Shown: positions 27,165 through 37,535 of the stretch, one piece after another | How positions within the stretch are numbered: position 1 is the first letter of the stretch | Layout: each line of letters opens with the position of its first letter | Origin: Ignavibacteriales bacterium | GTDB taxonomy: Bacteria > Bacteroidota > Ignavibacteria > UBA10030 > UBA8401 | Assembly (NCBI GenBank): GCA_037443785.1 | Contig: JBBINR010000010.1 | Coordinates: 23,954 to 87,953, forward strand | Reading direction: 5' to 3' | Length of the DNA: 64,000 bases | Position numbers and translations under genes: made by a program | Notes under the pieces: generated by a model | Database searches by the model: none | Told to the model about the DNA's origin: nothing | The model's input: only the letters and a program-made list of their open reading frames with translations

Positions 27165-28151
27165 TTATTCGCTGTCTTTCAAATATTTGTCTACATCCAT
27201 TCCGAATGTAAGGTTATTTACTTCAACAATGGCGGTTAATTCTGCCAACGATTTTCGTCCAAAGTTACGGAACTTCAATAATTCTGCTTCATCCTTGCGA
27301 ACGAGATCGCCGAGTGTTTTGATATCCGCAGCACGCAAGCAGTTGTGTGAACGGACCGATAATTCCAATTCGTCAACCGGCGTGATCAGAATTTTACGAA
27401 TGCGTGAGATTTCTTCGTCGCGTTCGTTATCTTCCTTTTCAGTCTCTTGGGAAGCGTCGAAGTTGATAAAGAATTGTATATGGTCGCGCAGAATTTTTCC
27501 TGCGTATGCAACGGCATCTTTCGGAAGGATTGAACCATCGGTTTCAACTTCGAGCGTCAATTTTTCGTAATCGGTCTGCTGGCCAACGCGTGTCGATTCA
27601 ACAGTGTAGCGAACATTCACAATCGGCGTAAAGATCGAATCGATGGTGATCATTCCAACGGGCTGATCAGGAACTTTGTTCTCTTCAGAAGTCACATATC
27701 CTTTTCCGCGGCCGATTCTGAATTCAATTTCGAAATCAGCATCCTTGTTCAATGTTGCAATCTGCAATTCGGGATTCAAAATTTCAACTTCCGGACTGGC
27801 GCTTTGAATATCCGCCGCCATGAATTTTCCCGGCCCTTTTAAATGAACAGTCACTTTCCCGACTTTTTTGTTGGTTGCTTTCAACCGAACTTGTTTCAAA
27901 TTTAATATCATGTCGGAAACATCTTCGACAATTCCAGGCAAGCTGGTAAATTCGTGGACAATTCCTTCGATCCGCAATGCGGTAATTGCATAGCCGGGAA
28001 GCGAAGAAAGAAGAACACGGCGCAACGCGTTACCGATTGTTACTCCGTACCCTTTCTCCAACGGTTGTACAATAAATCTGCCGAATGTTTCATTTGCTGA
28101 AGATTCTTCAAGTTGAACATTTTCCGGCATTTGAAATTGTGTATTACTCAT
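27165..28151 (-). CDS. rpoA: DNA-directed RNA polymerase subunit alpha
   Basis: 328 aa. Segments GNALRRVLLSSLPG and the C-terminal domain ELELSVRSHNCLRAADIKTLGDL. Confidence 0.97.
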   Translation of the reverse strand: MSNTQFQMPENVQLEESSANETFGRFIVQPLEKGYGVTIGNALRRVLLSSLPGYAITALRIEGIVHEFTSLPGIVEDVSDMILNLKQVRLKATNKKVGKVTVHLKGPGKFMAADIQSASPEVEILNPELQIATLNKDADFEIEFRIGRGKGYVTSEENKVPDQPVGMITIDSIFTPIVNVRYTVESTRVGQQTDYEKLTLEVETDGSILPKDAVAYAGKILRDHIQFFINFDASQETEKEDNERDEEISRIRKILITPVDELELSVRSHNCLRAADIKTLGDLVRKDEAELLKFRNFGRKSLAELTAIVEVNNLTFGMDVDKYLKDSE

Positions 28152-28184
28152 AATCGGTTCTCACCAAGTTAAAAAAATCATTAA

Positions 28185-28796
28185 TTATTTGGAGTACAAC
28201 TCGACAACGAGCTGTTCATTTGCGAGAAGCGGAATTTCATCACGTTCCGGAACACGGAGGAACGATCCCGACATCGCTGCTTTATCTAAACTCACCCATC
28301 CGTACATTGAATCTTCTTTTACACGCTTCATCGCGTTGTGAATGACATCAAGTTGACGGCTTCGTTCACGAACGGCAATTACATCACCTGCCCGTAACTG
28401 GAAGGATGGCACATTCACTTTTTGAGTGTTCACTAAAAAATGTCCATGAGTTACAAGCTGACGTGCTGCACGACGAGTCGGAGCCAACCCAAGTCTGTAG
28501 ACGGTATTATCAAGACGTTGTTCAAGCAGCTTGACCAAGTTATCACCGGTCTTGCCTTTCATGTGGCTTGCCTTTTCAAAATAATTACGGAATTGACGTT
28601 CCAACACTCCGTAAATATATTTCATTTTCTGTTTCTCTTTTAATTGCAAACCATACTCGGAAGTCTTTTGACGCTTCCCTTTTCCATGTTGGCCTGGTCC
28701 GTACGGACGGCGTTCCATGAATTTGCTTGCTTTTGAACTTAACGCAACACCAAGTTTGCGTGATTGTTTTACAACTGAACCTGTTGAACGTGCCAT
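28185..28796 (-). CDS. rpsD: 30S ribosomal protein S4
   Basis: 203 aa. Contains YGLQLKEKQK and RLDNTVYRLGLA, and has the expected operon position. Confidence 0.97.
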   Translation of the reverse strand: MARSTGSVVKQSRKLGVALSSKASKFMERRPYGPGQHGKGKRQKTSEYGLQLKEKQKMKYIYGVLERQFRNYFEKASHMKGKTGDNLVKLLEQRLDNTVYRLGLAPTRRAARQLVTHGHFLVNTQKVNVPSFQLRAGDVIAVRERSRQLDVIHNAMKRVKEDSMYGWVSLDKAAMSGSFLRVPERDEIPLLANEQLVVELYSK

Positions 28797-28824
28797 GCTG
28801 CTTATCTATTCCTTTATTTAAGAA

Positions 28825-29229
28825 TTATACTCTGCGACGTTTTGGCGGTCGGCATCCATTATGTGGAATCGGAGTGATATCGCGAATGATTGTCACTTCC
28901 AAACCGGCGGTTTGCAGTGCACGAATCGCCGCTTCACGACCAGACCCGGGACCTTTGACAAACACTTCTACTTTACGAAGTCCAAGATCATAGGCTTCTT
29001 TTGCCGCTGCTTCTGCAGATGTTTGTGCCGCATACGGTGTATTTTTGCGCGAACCCTTGAAGCCATTCTTTCCTGCCGATGACCAAGCAATGGTGTTCCC
29101 GTACGTATCGGTGATGGTAACGATCACGTTATTGAATGTTGCTTTGACGAACGCTTTACCGTTCACATCAACATGAATTTTCTTTTTCTTTTTTGCTGCG
29201 GTAGTTGGCACCGCTTGTTGTTTTGCCAC
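28825..29229 (-). CDS. rpsK: 30S ribosomal protein S11
   Basis: 134 aa. [22 protein letters not shown] and the C-terminus [13 protein letters not shown]. Confidence 0.97.
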   Translation of the reverse strand: MAKQQAVPTTAAKKKKKIHVDVNGKAFVKATFNNVIVTITDTYGNTIAWSSAGKNGFKGSRKNTPYAAQTSAEAAAKEAYDLGLRKVEVFVKGPGSGREAAIRALQTAGLEVTIIRDITPIPHNGCRPPKRRRV

Positions 29230-29249
29230 AGTTTAACCTTTCAGACTAA

Positions 29250-29633
29250 TTATTTCTTAGCGATTGCCTTCTTCTTGCCGGCAACTGTCTTGCGTTTACC
29301 TTTACGAGTACGGGAATTTGTTCGTGAACGCTGTCCGCGTACAGGCAATCCCTTACGATGACGGAGCCCGCGGTACGAGCCGATGTCCATCAATCGCTTG
29401 ATGTTCATTTGCGTTTCAGCGCGCAGAGCACCTTCGGTTTTATATTCGGTTTGAATGATGGTTCTGATCTTATTGACTTCGTCATCATTCAACGAACCGA
29501 CTTTTTTGTTTTCATCTATACCGGCTTTTGCAAGAATTTCTTGCGCAGTCGTACGACCGATGCCGAAAATATAGGTGAGACCGATAACGGTGCGTTTATT
29601 TTTTGGTAAATCAACTCCTGCGATACGAGCCAC
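29250..29633 (-). CDS. rpsM: 30S ribosomal protein S13
   Basis: 127 aa. N-terminus [14 protein letters not shown] and [18 protein letters not shown]. Confidence 0.97.
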   Translation of the reverse strand: MARIAGVDLPKNKRTVIGLTYIFGIGRTTAQEILAKAGIDENKKVGSLNDDEVNKIRTIIQTEYKTEGALRAETQMNIKRLMDIGSYRGLRHRKGLPVRGQRSRTNSRTRKGKRKTVAGKKKAIAKK

Positions 29634-29656
29634 TGATTAAATCTCCTAATTTACAA

Positions 29657-29770
29657 TTAACCTTGACGTTGTTTGTGTTTTGGATTCTTGCAGATCACCA
29701 TCACTTTGCCTTTTCGGCGGATGATCTTGCAGTGTTCACATATTTTCTTCACAGATGCACGAACTTTCAT
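29657..29770 (-). CDS. rpmJ: 50S ribosomal protein L36 (zinc-ribbon form)
   Basis: Not in the ORF track. The reverse strand translates as [37 protein letters not shown] plus stop (37 aa). It sits between infA and rpsM as expected. Confidence 0.93.
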   Translation of the reverse strand: MKVRASVKKICEHCKIIRRKGKVMVICKNPKHKQRQG

Positions 29771-29789
29771 GGTTGTTCCTTTTTAACTC

Positions 29790-30008
29790 TTATTTGTAAC
29801 GATACGTGATTCTTCCTTTGGTTAAATCATACGGAGACAATTCGACGGTCACTTTATCTCCGACCAAAATCTTTATGTAGTGCATGCGCATTTTTCCAGA
29901 AATATGCGCTAGTATTTCATGTCCGTTATCAAGTTTCACACGGAACGATGCGTTCGGGAGCGTATCTGTAATGACACCGTCAACTTTTATCGCGTCTTGT
30001 TTGGACAT
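29790..30008 (-). CDS. infA: translation initiation factor IF-1
   Basis: 72 aa. [49 protein letters not shown]. Its ATG overlaps the map stop by 1 nt. Confidence 0.97.
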   Translation of the reverse strand: MSKQDAIKVDGVITDTLPNASFRVKLDNGHEILAHISGKMRMHYIKILVGDKVTVELSPYDLTKGRITYRYK

Positions 30009-30772
30009 TAATTATAATTTGTTAAAACTTCTGCTTTATGTTTTCCAACAACGATCGTGTACTCATAGTGTGCGGAAGGTGCCCCGTCTTCTGTCACAAT
30101 TGTCCATCTATCCGGCAATGTCCGCACTTTGTACGTTCCAAGATTGATCATTGGTTCAATCGCCAGCGTCATCCCTGCACGCAACACAACACCTTTGTTT
30201 GGTTTGCCGTAATTCGGGACTTGCGGATCCTCGTGTAACTCTTTACCAACTCCATGGCCGACAAGATCGCGAACAACTGAAAAACCTTCTGCCTCTACCA
30301 ACGATTGAACTGCGTAAGCGATATCTCCAATTTTATTTCCTTCAATCGCTTTCTCAACGGCACGGTCTAACGATTCTTTCGTCACCCGCATCAACCGCTT
30401 CTTCTCATCTGAAACTTCTCCGACCGGAAATGTAAACGCCCCGTCTCCAAAAAATCCATTCTTTTTCGCGCCCACATCAATTGAAACAATTTCACCTTCA
30501 CGTAAAACTCTTTTTCCAGGAATCCCGTGAACAACTTCATTTTCGACTGACACACACAACGTTCCGGGAAATGGATTGTCTATTTCACCATACCCCTTAA
30601 ATGCCGGAACCGCTCCGCAACTTCTTATGTAATCTTCGGCCATCGCGTCAAGCTGCAAAGTTGTTACACCGGGTTTAATTTGAGACTTCACCAACTTTAT
30701 GACATCGGCAACAATTCGGCAACTTTCCCGCATCAACTCGATTTCTTCTGCACTTTTTATGAAAATTGCCAT
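30008..30772 (-). CDS. map: type I methionine aminopeptidase
   Basis: 254 aa. Metal-ligand context VHGIPG...DVGA...GHGVG...EPM, and operon position after secY. Confidence 0.95.
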   Translation of the reverse strand: MAIFIKSAEEIELMRESCRIVADVIKLVKSQIKPGVTTLQLDAMAEDYIRSCGAVPAFKGYGEIDNPFPGTLCVSVENEVVHGIPGKRVLREGEIVSIDVGAKKNGFFGDGAFTFPVGEVSDEKKRLMRVTKESLDRAVEKAIEGNKIGDIAYAVQSLVEAEGFSVVRDLVGHGVGKELHEDPQVPNYGKPNKGVVLRAGMTLAIEPMINLGTYKVRTLPDRWTIVTEDGAPSAHYEYTIVVGKHKAEVLTNYN

Positions 30773-30798
30773 GGTGAAATCAATCCGTGAATGGTCCG

Positions 30799-32139
30799 TT
30801 ATCGACCGATTCGACCTTTGATTTTTCCGCTCTTCATAAATCCATCATAGTGGCGCATCAACAAGTGCGATTCAATCTGTTGCAATGTATCAAGTGCAAC
30901 ACCAACAATAATCAACAAACTTGTGCCGCCGAAGAATGATGCAAAACTCGGCGTAATTCCAAACTTCGTCATGAATGCCGGTAAAATTGCGACGATAGCC
31001 AACGCAATAGAACCCGGGAGCGTAATTTTTGTAAGAATATTATCGATAAAATCCGACGTATGTTTTCCGGGACGAATACCTGGAATGAAACCGCCATTCT
31101 TTTGCATGTTGTCCGCAACATCCGTTGGATTAAATGCGATCGCCGTATAAAAATACGTGAAGAACACGATCATTAATGCATAGAAAAATGAATACGTAAA
31201 CGATGTGTGATCAAGATACCCGGATATCGATCCGACAAATTCACTTTCGGGAAAGAATGTCAAAATCGTGCTTGGGATAAACATAATCGATTGCGCAAAA
31301 ATAATCGGCATAACACCGGCGGTATTCACGCGCATCGGAATATATTGCGTAACGCCGCCATACACTTTTCGTCCGACAACACGCTTTGCATATTGCACCG
31401 GAATTCGACGGGTTCCCTGAGTTATCATGACAACACCCGCGATGATCAATAACATCGCAGCCCAAATAATCAGTTCTATAATAAATGGACGAGCACCGGA
31501 TCCTACCAGCTGCAATTCATCCAAAATGGCATGAGGGAAACGAGCAATAATTCCGATGAAGATAATTAACGAAATACCATTTCCAATTCCTCGTTCAGTA
31601 ATTTGTTCGCCAAGCCACATCATAAACATTGTTCCTGCGGTGAGAAACAACATTGTACTGAATGAGAAAAGAACTCCTTGCACTTCAACAGGAACAATCG
31701 GTATGCCATTCGCATTCAAACTTCCCAAACGAACGCTGACTCCCCACGCTTGCAGGAGCGAGATTCCGACAGTACCTACACGAGTATATTGATTAATCTT
31801 CTTTCGTCCGGCTTCACCTTCTTTTTGAAGTTTCTGAAAGAACGGCACAACCGCACCAAGCAGCTGGATAATAATCGATGCACTAATGTAGGGCATAATA
31901 CCAAGTGCGAAGATGGCGGCATTACTAAATGCTCCACCGACAAAAAGATCATACAATCCGAAGAGCGTATTTGATGCTTGATTTCGCATCGACTCCGCAA
32001 GCACTCCAGCATCAACACCGGGAAGAGTGACGTGAGAACCGATTCGGACAACGATTAATAATCCGGCAGTAAACAACAATCGCGTTCGGAGTTCTTCGAT
32101 CTTAAAAATATTTCTAAAATTTTCTGTAATCTTACTCAT
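30799..32139 (-). CDS. secY: preprotein translocase subunit SecY
   Basis: 446 aa polytopic protein. Contains LGIMPYISASIIIQLL and the C-terminus GGFIPGIRPGKHT. Confidence 0.97.
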   Translation of the reverse strand: MSKITENFRNIFKIEELRTRLLFTAGLLIVVRIGSHVTLPGVDAGVLAESMRNQASNTLFGLYDLFVGGAFSNAAIFALGIMPYISASIIIQLLGAVVPFFQKLQKEGEAGRKKINQYTRVGTVGISLLQAWGVSVRLGSLNANGIPIVPVEVQGVLFSFSTMLFLTAGTMFMMWLGEQITERGIGNGISLIIFIGIIARFPHAILDELQLVGSGARPFIIELIIWAAMLLIIAGVVMITQGTRRIPVQYAKRVVGRKVYGGVTQYIPMRVNTAGVMPIIFAQSIMFIPSTILTFFPESEFVGSISGYLDHTSFTYSFFYALMIVFFTYFYTAIAFNPTDVADNMQKNGGFIPGIRPGKHTSDFIDNILTKITLPGSIALAIVAILPAFMTKFGITPSFASFFGGTSLLIIVGVALDTLQQIESHLLMRHYDGFMKSGKIKGRIGR

Positions 32140-32149
32140 TACGTTTCAC

Positions 32150-32638
32150 TCAGGCTTTGGCAGCAGGTTGTTCTCGCGCGATCTCTTGCGTTGAACCACC
32201 GACGGCTGTAATTTTTTCAACTGCAGATTTGCTGAACTTGTGAGCTGTGACAGCGAGCTTTGCTTTTAATTCCCCGTTACCAAGAATTTTTATCAACGAT
32301 TTCTTGCTGGAAACCGCACCGACATTAAACAATACTTCGGGATTAACGATCCCGCCGGCGATTTTTTTCTCTTCTACCAATTTTTGCAACGATTCAACAT
32401 TAACAACGGCAACTTCAACTCTGTTGACCGGTGTAAAACCGTATTTCGGAAGACGACGAACTAACGGCATCTGTCCGCCTTCAAAATTTCTTTTTTGACC
32501 AGAACCAGAGCGTGAACCCTGCCCCTTGTGACCGCGCGTGGATGTGCCGCCATGACCTGAGCCTTGACCACGCCCAATGCGTTTTGTTTTTTTTCTTGAA
32601 CCTTTTGCGTAATGAAGATTGCTTAAAATATCTGCCAT
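32150..32638 (-). CDS. rplO: 50S ribosomal protein L15
   Basis: 162 aa. GRGQGSGHGGTSTRGHKGQGSRSG and FEGGQMPLVRRLPKYGF. Confidence 0.97.
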   Translation of the reverse strand: MADILSNLHYAKGSRKKTKRIGRGQGSGHGGTSTRGHKGQGSRSGSGQKRNFEGGQMPLVRRLPKYGFTPVNRVEVAVVNVESLQKLVEEKKIAGGIVNPEVLFNVGAVSSKKSLIKILGNGELKAKLAVTAHKFSKSAVEKITAVGGSTQEIAREQPAAKA

Positions 32639-32687
32639 ATTTCTCCTGTAGTAACTATCGCTCCGGAGTTGGAGCTCGCTTACTAGA

Positions 32688-32882
32688 TTAGTCTTTTACT
32701 TCTTCTACTTTAATGAGATGACGAACTGCGTTGATCATGCCTCTGATTTGAGGTGTATCAGTGTGAACGACAGAATAATTCGGCCGTCCGAGTCCGAGTG
32801 CTTTAATCGTCTCTTTATGTTTTTGAAGCGTGTCGATAATGCTGACTGTTTGTGTGATTTTAATTTTTTTCGGCGCTGCCAT
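32688..32882 (-). CDS. rpmD: 50S ribosomal protein L30
   Basis: 64 aa. IKITQTVSIIDTLQKHKETIKALGLGR, and position between rpsE and rplO. Confidence 0.93.
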   Translation of the reverse strand: MAAPKKIKITQTVSIIDTLQKHKETIKALGLGRPNYSVVHTDTPQIRGMINAVRHLIKVEEVKD

Positions 32883-32900
32883 TATATACTCACGAAATTT

Positions 32901-33404
32901 TTAGTTTTGAAAAAGTTCTTGCACCGAAACGCCGCGTTCTTCCGCTACCATTTTTGCATCGCGCATGGAGAGTAACGCCTGTAACGTTGCTTTCACAATG
33001 TTATGCGGATTTGGTGATCCCATTTGTTTCGTAAGAACATCTTTGACCCCTGCCATTTCAAGAACTGCACGAACTCCGCCGCCGGCGATCAAACCGGTTC
33101 CGGGAGCTGCAGGACGCAACAACACTTTGCCTGCTCCAAACTTCCCGACAATTTCATGCGGTACCGTTCCTTTGATGATCGGAACTTTCACCACATTTTT
33201 CTTTGCGTCATCCGTTCCTTTGGAAATTGCGTCGGCAACTTCATTTGCTTTGCCAAGCCCGATACCAACATGACCGTTTCCGTCTCCAACAACCACGATC
33301 GCATTAAAACTGAAACGACGTCCGCCCTTCACAACTTTCGCTACACGGTTGATGTGTACCAGTTTGTCTTTTAAATCTAATTCGCTTGCTTTAATTCGTG
33401 CCAA
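32901..33404 (-). CDS. rpsE: 30S ribosomal protein S5
   Basis: 167 aa. [36 protein letters not shown]. The start codon is TTG (33404-33402), with GAGG 7 nt upstream. Confidence 0.95.
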   Translation of the reverse strand: MARIKASELDLKDKLVHINRVAKVVKGGRRFSFNAIVVVGDGNGHVGIGLGKANEVADAISKGTDDAKKNVVKVPIIKGTVPHEIVGKFGAGKVLLRPAAPGTGLIAGGGVRAVLEMAGVKDVLTKQMGSPNPHNIVKATLQALLSMRDAKMVAEERGVSVQELFQN

Positions 33405-33445
33405 GGTAAAACCTCACATTGATTAAAAAAATCTTTTATGGTAAG

Positions 33446-33516
33446 CTGTCGGGAGAGGAGTCGAACCTCTACATACGCCTCCAAAGGGCGCTGTCCTGCC
33501 ATTAGACGACCCGACA
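33446..33516 (-). tRNA. tRNA-Gln (anticodon UUG), embedded in the spc ribosomal-protein operon
   Basis: The reverse strand folds as a complete cloverleaf. Acceptor TGTCGGG/CCCGACA (U1-A72, as is typical for tRNA-Gln), D arm GTCT-AATGGCA-GGAC, anticodon arm GCGCC-CTTTGGA-GGCGT, T arm AGAGG-TTCGACT-CCTCT, discriminator G. No encoded CCA. 71 nt. Confidence 0.85.
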
Positions 33517-33522
33517 AGCATT

Positions 33523-33891
33523 TTAAAATTTTAAGCCACCCTCACGAGCGCCATCAGCAAGAGCCTTCACTCGTCCATGGTATAAATATCCGTTACGATC
33601 GAACACAACGGTTTCAATTTTTTTCTCGATCGCTTTTTTTGCAAGAAGCTTTCCGACAACAACACTCTTTTGAATCTTTGTTTTTGCTGCAGCAATTTCT
33701 TCTTTAATCTCTTTGGAATTCGAAGACAACGCAACCAGCGTTTTTCCCGCTGTATCGTCGACGATTTGTCCATAAATCTCGTTCAAGCTTCGATAAACAG
33801 AAAGCCGCGGTCGTTCGGTAGTCCCGTAGATCTTTTTCTTAATCGTTGATTTGATTCGTAAACGGCGTTTATTAAATTCTTTTTTTATCAT
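33523..33891 (-). CDS. rplR: 50S ribosomal protein L18
   Basis: 122 aa. [20 protein letters not shown] and the C-terminus [25 protein letters not shown]. Confidence 0.97.
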   Translation of the reverse strand: MIKKEFNKRRLRIKSTIKKKIYGTTERPRLSVYRSLNEIYGQIVDDTAGKTLVALSSNSKEIKEEIAAAKTKIQKSVVVGKLLAKKAIEKKIETVVFDRNGYLYHGRVKALADGAREGGLKF

Positions 33892-33912
33892 ATGCGTTCA
33901 TTCAAATTGAAA

Positions 33913-34458
33913 TTATTTCGATCCTGCTGCGGTTTTGCCGGCTTTACGACGGATAACCTCATTCTCATACTTCACGCCTTTACCTTTATACGGTTCTGGT
34001 TCTTTGAAGGATCGAATTTTTGCCGCAACAAGTCCAACAAGTTGTTTATCGAATCCGGAAATCACAATGTTCGTTTGTGTCGGGGTTTCGATCTTTACGG
34101 TTTCCGGTGCGCGGAAAACGATCGGATGCGAGAATCCGAGGGCGAGTTGAAGATTCTTTCCCTTCACTTCAGCACGGTAACCAACACCGACAAGTTCAAG
34201 CTTTTTGCTGAATCCTTCAGCAACGCCTTTTACCATGTTCGCAATGTTAGCACGCGTAGTGCCATGCAATGCACGGTCCGGACGTTCATCGGTTTTCCGG
34301 ATAACGTGAATTTCTTTATCCTTCACTTCGACCGTAATGCGCGGGTGAATATTCTCTTTCAACTCTCCGTTTTTTCCTTTGACCGTGACAACATTCTTGT
34401 TGACACTGACGGTGATACCGTTCGGAATAACAACCGGTTTTTTACCAATACGTGACAC
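33913..34458 (-). CDS. rplF: 50S ribosomal protein L6
   Basis: 181 aa. MSRIGKKPVVIPNGITVS and LVGVGYRAEVKGKNLQLALGFSHP. Confidence 0.97.
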   Translation of the reverse strand: MSRIGKKPVVIPNGITVSVNKNVVTVKGKNGELKENIHPRITVEVKDKEIHVIRKTDERPDRALHGTTRANIANMVKGVAEGFSKKLELVGVGYRAEVKGKNLQLALGFSHPIVFRAPETVKIETPTQTNIVISGFDKQLVGLVAAKIRSFKEPEPYKGKGVKYENEVIRRKAGKTAAGSK

Positions 34459-34470
34459 TGTAATCTCCTT

Positions 34471-34869
34471 TTACCAAATAAGGCAGAGAACTTCTCCGCC
34501 AACGTTTTCTTTTCGTGCTTGTCTGTCGGACATCAATCCTTTTGGTGTCGAGACAATCGCAAGGCCAAGTCCATTATTTACGCGCGGAAGATCGTCAACC
34601 GGTCGATACACTCTTCGGCCGGGCGTGCTCACGCGGCGTGTTCCTTTGATCACATTTTTTCCATTGAAATACCGTAATGCGATCCGGATCGAACCTTGTT
34701 TCGTGGTTGTATCAACAACGTCGAACGCGGTAATGAGTTTATTTTCCGCCAAAATGCGGGTGATTTCTTTTTTTAAATTCGATGCAGGAATTTCTACTCG
34801 TTTATGTTTCGCTTGAATTGCATTGCGAAGCCGTGTAAGATAATCTGCAATTGGATCTGAATGAGCCAT
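34471..34869 (-). CDS. rpsH: 30S ribosomal protein S8
   Basis: 132 aa. DPIADYLTRLRNA and the C-terminus GGEVLCLIW. Confidence 0.97.
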   Translation of the reverse strand: MAHSDPIADYLTRLRNAIQAKHKRVEIPASNLKKEITRILAENKLITAFDVVDTTTKQGSIRIALRYFNGKNVIKGTRRVSTPGRRVYRPVDDLPRVNNGLGLAIVSTPKGLMSDRQARKENVGGEVLCLIW

Positions 34870-34895
34870 CGTGAAACGTTCTCCTAATTTCTCGT

Positions 34896-35165
34896 TTACC
34901 AGCTTGCTTTTACAAGACCGGGAATTTTTCCTTCGTGGGCAAGTTTTCGTAACATCAAACGTGAAAGACCGAATTTACGGTAGTATCCTCGCGTACGACC
35001 TGTAAGGTTGCAGCGGTTATGCAATCTCACCGGATTGCTGTCGCGCGGTAATTGACGAAGCCCTTCAACATCACCGGCCTCCATCAACTCTTTTCTTTTC
35101 GCGGCATACTTTGCAACTATTTTTTCTCGTCGTCGTTGCCGAGCAACTGAACTTAATTTTGCCAT
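34896..35165 (-). CDS. rpsN: 30S ribosomal protein S14 (long, non-zinc form)
   Basis: 89 aa. [39 protein letters not shown]. Confidence 0.95.
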   Translation of the reverse strand: MAKLSSVARQRRREKIVAKYAAKRKELMEAGDVEGLRQLPRDSNPVRLHNRCNLTGRTRGYYRKFGLSRLMLRKLAHEGKIPGLVKASW

Positions 35166-35174
35166 AATTTTCCT

Positions 35175-35810
35175 TTAGCTTGCTTTTGCTACTGGTTGTT
35201 CACGTTTAACAAATGGAACTCCGAACAGCTTCAACAATTCCATTGCTTCCATATCGGTATTAGCCGTAGTAACAAACGTAATATCCATTCCCGAAATTTT
35301 TGTTACTTTATCGGCATCAATTTCCGGAAAAATAATTTGTTCCTTAATTCCAAGGGTGTAATTTCCGCGTCCATCAAATGAACGATCCGATACGCCGCGG
35401 AAGTCGCGGATCTGCGGCATCGCCAATGAGATTAGGCGATCCAAAAATTCATACATCATTCTGCTGCGAAGCGTTACGCGAACACCGATCGGCAATCCCT
35501 GACGAAGCTTGAAATTCGAAATAGCTTTCTTTGCTTTTGTGACGGCAACTTTTTGTCCGGTGATTGCTTCAAGTTCCGTAACGGCCGTTTCGATTAATTT
35601 TGCATCTTGCGTCGCACCGCCGACACCGATATTAACAGCGATCTTCTCAAGTTTCGGCACTTGCATTACATTTTTATAGTTGAATCGTTTCATCATTGCA
35701 GAAACGATTTCCTTTTTATATTTCTCTGCTAAACGAGGATAAACGCCGATATCACGAACACCCGGTCCGCCTTTCGTCTTTTCCTCTTTTTGTTTTTTCT
35801 CTTTTGCCAT
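35175..35810 (-). CDS. rplE: 50S ribosomal protein L5 (with ~23-aa K/E-rich N-terminal extension)
   Basis: 211 aa. The core [24 protein letters not shown] matches L5. There is no alternative in-frame start between 35810 and the conserved core. Confidence 0.93.
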   Translation of the reverse strand: MAKEKKQKEEKTKGGPGVRDIGVYPRLAEKYKKEIVSAMMKRFNYKNVMQVPKLEKIAVNIGVGGATQDAKLIETAVTELEAITGQKVAVTKAKKAISNFKLRQGLPIGVRVTLRSRMMYEFLDRLISLAMPQIRDFRGVSDRSFDGRGNYTLGIKEQIIFPEIDADKVTKISGMDITFVTTANTDMEAMELLKLFGVPFVKREQPVAKAS

Positions 35811-35860
35811 AATCTTCTCGTTAATTATGCATTACGTTATTCGCGTAACACCTTGTAATA

Positions 35861-36184
35861 TTAAAACAACTCACCGCTTTTCTTTGCAACTCTCATTACT
35901 TTCTTTTTACCGGAAACAGAATCCTTCGTGCGCACATACCCTATTCGCGTCTTTTCTCCGCCTTTTGGATCTTTGATCATCACATTGGAAACATGGATGG
36001 GTGCTTCTTTTTGGACAACGCCACCTTGAGGATTGCTCTGCGAGGGACGTGTATGGCGTTTTACGATATTCACGCCTTCAACAATAATTCTGCTTTTCTC
36101 AGGAAATACTTTCAGCACTTTTCCTTCTTTCCCTTTTGCGTTTCCTGCGATAACAACAACGGTATCATTCTTTTTTACATTCAT
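35861..36184 (-). CDS. rplX: 50S ribosomal protein L24
   Basis: The ORF-track start 36223 would overlap rplN. ATG 36184 gives [26 protein letters not shown], the canonical L24 N-terminus. Confidence 0.93.
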   Translation of the reverse strand: MNVKKNDTVVVIAGNAKGKEGKVLKVFPEKSRIIVEGVNIVKRHTRPSQSNPQGGVVQKEAPIHVSNVMIKDPKGGEKTRIGYVRTKDSVSGKKKVMRVAKKSGELF

Positions 36185-36203
36185 GATCAATTCTCTTTCT
36201 GAA

Positions 36204-36572
36204 TTACAATACTTCGGGTGCAAGTGAAACGATTTTCATGAATTGTTTTTCACGAAGTTCGCGGGCAACGGGTCCAAAAATACGGGTGCCCTTCGGTTCA
36301 TTCTGTGCGGTAATCAACACAACGGCATTTTCGTCAAAACGAATATAGGAACCGTCTTTGCGTCCTACTTCTTTTTTTGTACGAACAACAACCGCACGCG
36401 AAACATCTCCCTTTTTTACTGCAGCACCGGGAATTGCCGCCTTCACCGACACAACAACCAGATCACCGACTGAAGCGTATCGTCGATCGTGTCCGCCGAG
36501 CACGCGAATGCATCGGACTTTCTTCGCACCTGAATTATCTGCTACTACTAAATTGGTTTCTTCTTGAATCAT
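36204..36572 (-). CDS. rplN: 50S ribosomal protein L14
   Basis: 122 aa. [27 protein letters not shown]. Confidence 0.97.
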   Translation of the reverse strand: MIQEETNLVVADNSGAKKVRCIRVLGGHDRRYASVGDLVVVSVKAAIPGAAVKKGDVSRAVVVRTKKEVGRKDGSYIRFDENAVVLITAQNEPKGTRIFGPVARELREKQFMKIVSLAPEVL

Positions 36573-36593
36573 TGTCGTCTCCGGACAAAACTG

Positions 36594-36854
36594 TTATTGT
36601 GCTTTTGCAACGATTTCAACTAAACGCCATCGTTTCAATTTACTGATCGGGCGTGTTTCCATAATTAACACGGTATCGCCGATTCCCGCTTCATTCTTTT
36701 CATCATGAGCGTAAAACTTGGTCGTGCGCTTATAATATTTTTTATAAAGCGGGTGAGCAACTCTGCGTTCAACGGCAACAACAATGCCCTTTTGCATTTT
36801 ATTGCTGACCACTTTACCGGTTCGAGTCTTGCGATTATTACGTGTTTCCATCAT
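36594..36854 (-). CDS. rpsQ: 30S ribosomal protein S17
   Basis: [28 protein letters not shown]. The track start 36866 is a TTG. ATG codons at 36854 and 36851 fit the canonical N-terminus better. The start is uncertain within 15 nt. Confidence 0.9.
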   Translation of the reverse strand: MMETRNNRKTRTGKVVSNKMQKGIVVAVERRVAHPLYKKYYKRTTKFYAHDEKNEAGIGDTVLIMETRPISKLKRWRLVEIVAKAQ

Positions 36855-36875
36855 TCCTCTAAACAAAAAAATGTA

Positions 36876-37079
36876 CTATGCTTTCGCTTTTGCTAATTCG
36901 CGCTCGCGCAAAATTGTTTTGATGCGAGCATTGTCTTTACGAAGTAACGTGAATTGTGATGTGTTCTCAACCTGGCTTGTCGCCTTTTGGAACTTCATTG
37001 TAGAAAGAGTATTGTTGTTCTCCTCAATTCTCTTCAGCAATTCTTCATCCGTCAATTGTCGAATTTCATTCGATTTCAT
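36876..37079 (-). CDS. rpmC: 50S ribosomal protein L29
   Basis: 67 aa. MKSNEIRQLTDEELLKRIEE, and position between rplP and rpsQ. Confidence 0.93.
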   Translation of the reverse strand: MKSNEIRQLTDEELLKRIEENNNTLSTMKFQKATSQVENTSQFTLLRKDNARIKTILRERELAKAKA

Positions 37080-37090
37080 TTCTCTACTCC

Positions 37091-37510
37091 TTATGCAGCC
37101 AAGTCAATACGTGTAACAAACTTTGTTTTGATCGGAAGCTTGTGTGCCGCTAATGTCAATGCTTCCTGTGCTAATTCCTTTTTTATGCCGCCCACTTCGA
37201 ACATGATGCGTCCCGGCTTTACCACGGCAACCCAAAACTCCGGTGCTCCTTTACCGCTACCCATACGAGTTTCGGCAGGCTTCTTTGTTGCTGGTTTGTC
37301 CGGAAAAATTCTGATCCAGACTTTTCCTTCACGCTTCATTAAGCGGGTTAACGCAACGCGAGCTGCTTCAATCTGACGGGCAGTAATCCATGCCGGCTCC
37401 ATCGCTTTCAATCCGTAATCGCCGAAAGCCACTGTTGCGCCGCGTGTTGCAACACCGCTCATTCGTCCGCGCTGCGTTTTTCTGTATTTAACTCTTTTTG
37501 GCATTAACAT
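37091..37510 (-). CDS. rplP: 50S ribosomal protein L16
   Basis: 139 aa. [19 protein letters not shown]. Confidence 0.97.
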   Translation of the reverse strand: MLMPKRVKYRKTQRGRMSGVATRGATVAFGDYGLKAMEPAWITARQIEAARVALTRLMKREGKVWIRIFPDKPATKKPAETRMGSGKGAPEFWVAVVKPGRIMFEVGGIKKELAQEALTLAAHKLPIKTKFVTRIDLAA

Positions 37511-37535
37511 AATTTAAAACTCCGATTCCAATTTC

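Noticed and set aside
33438-33707. 89-aa plus-strand ORF
   Set aside because: It overlaps the tRNA-Gln cloverleaf and the antisense of rplR, so it is spurious.
33892-34455. 187-aa plus-strand ORF
   Set aside because: It is antisense to rplF (L6), whose identity is certain.
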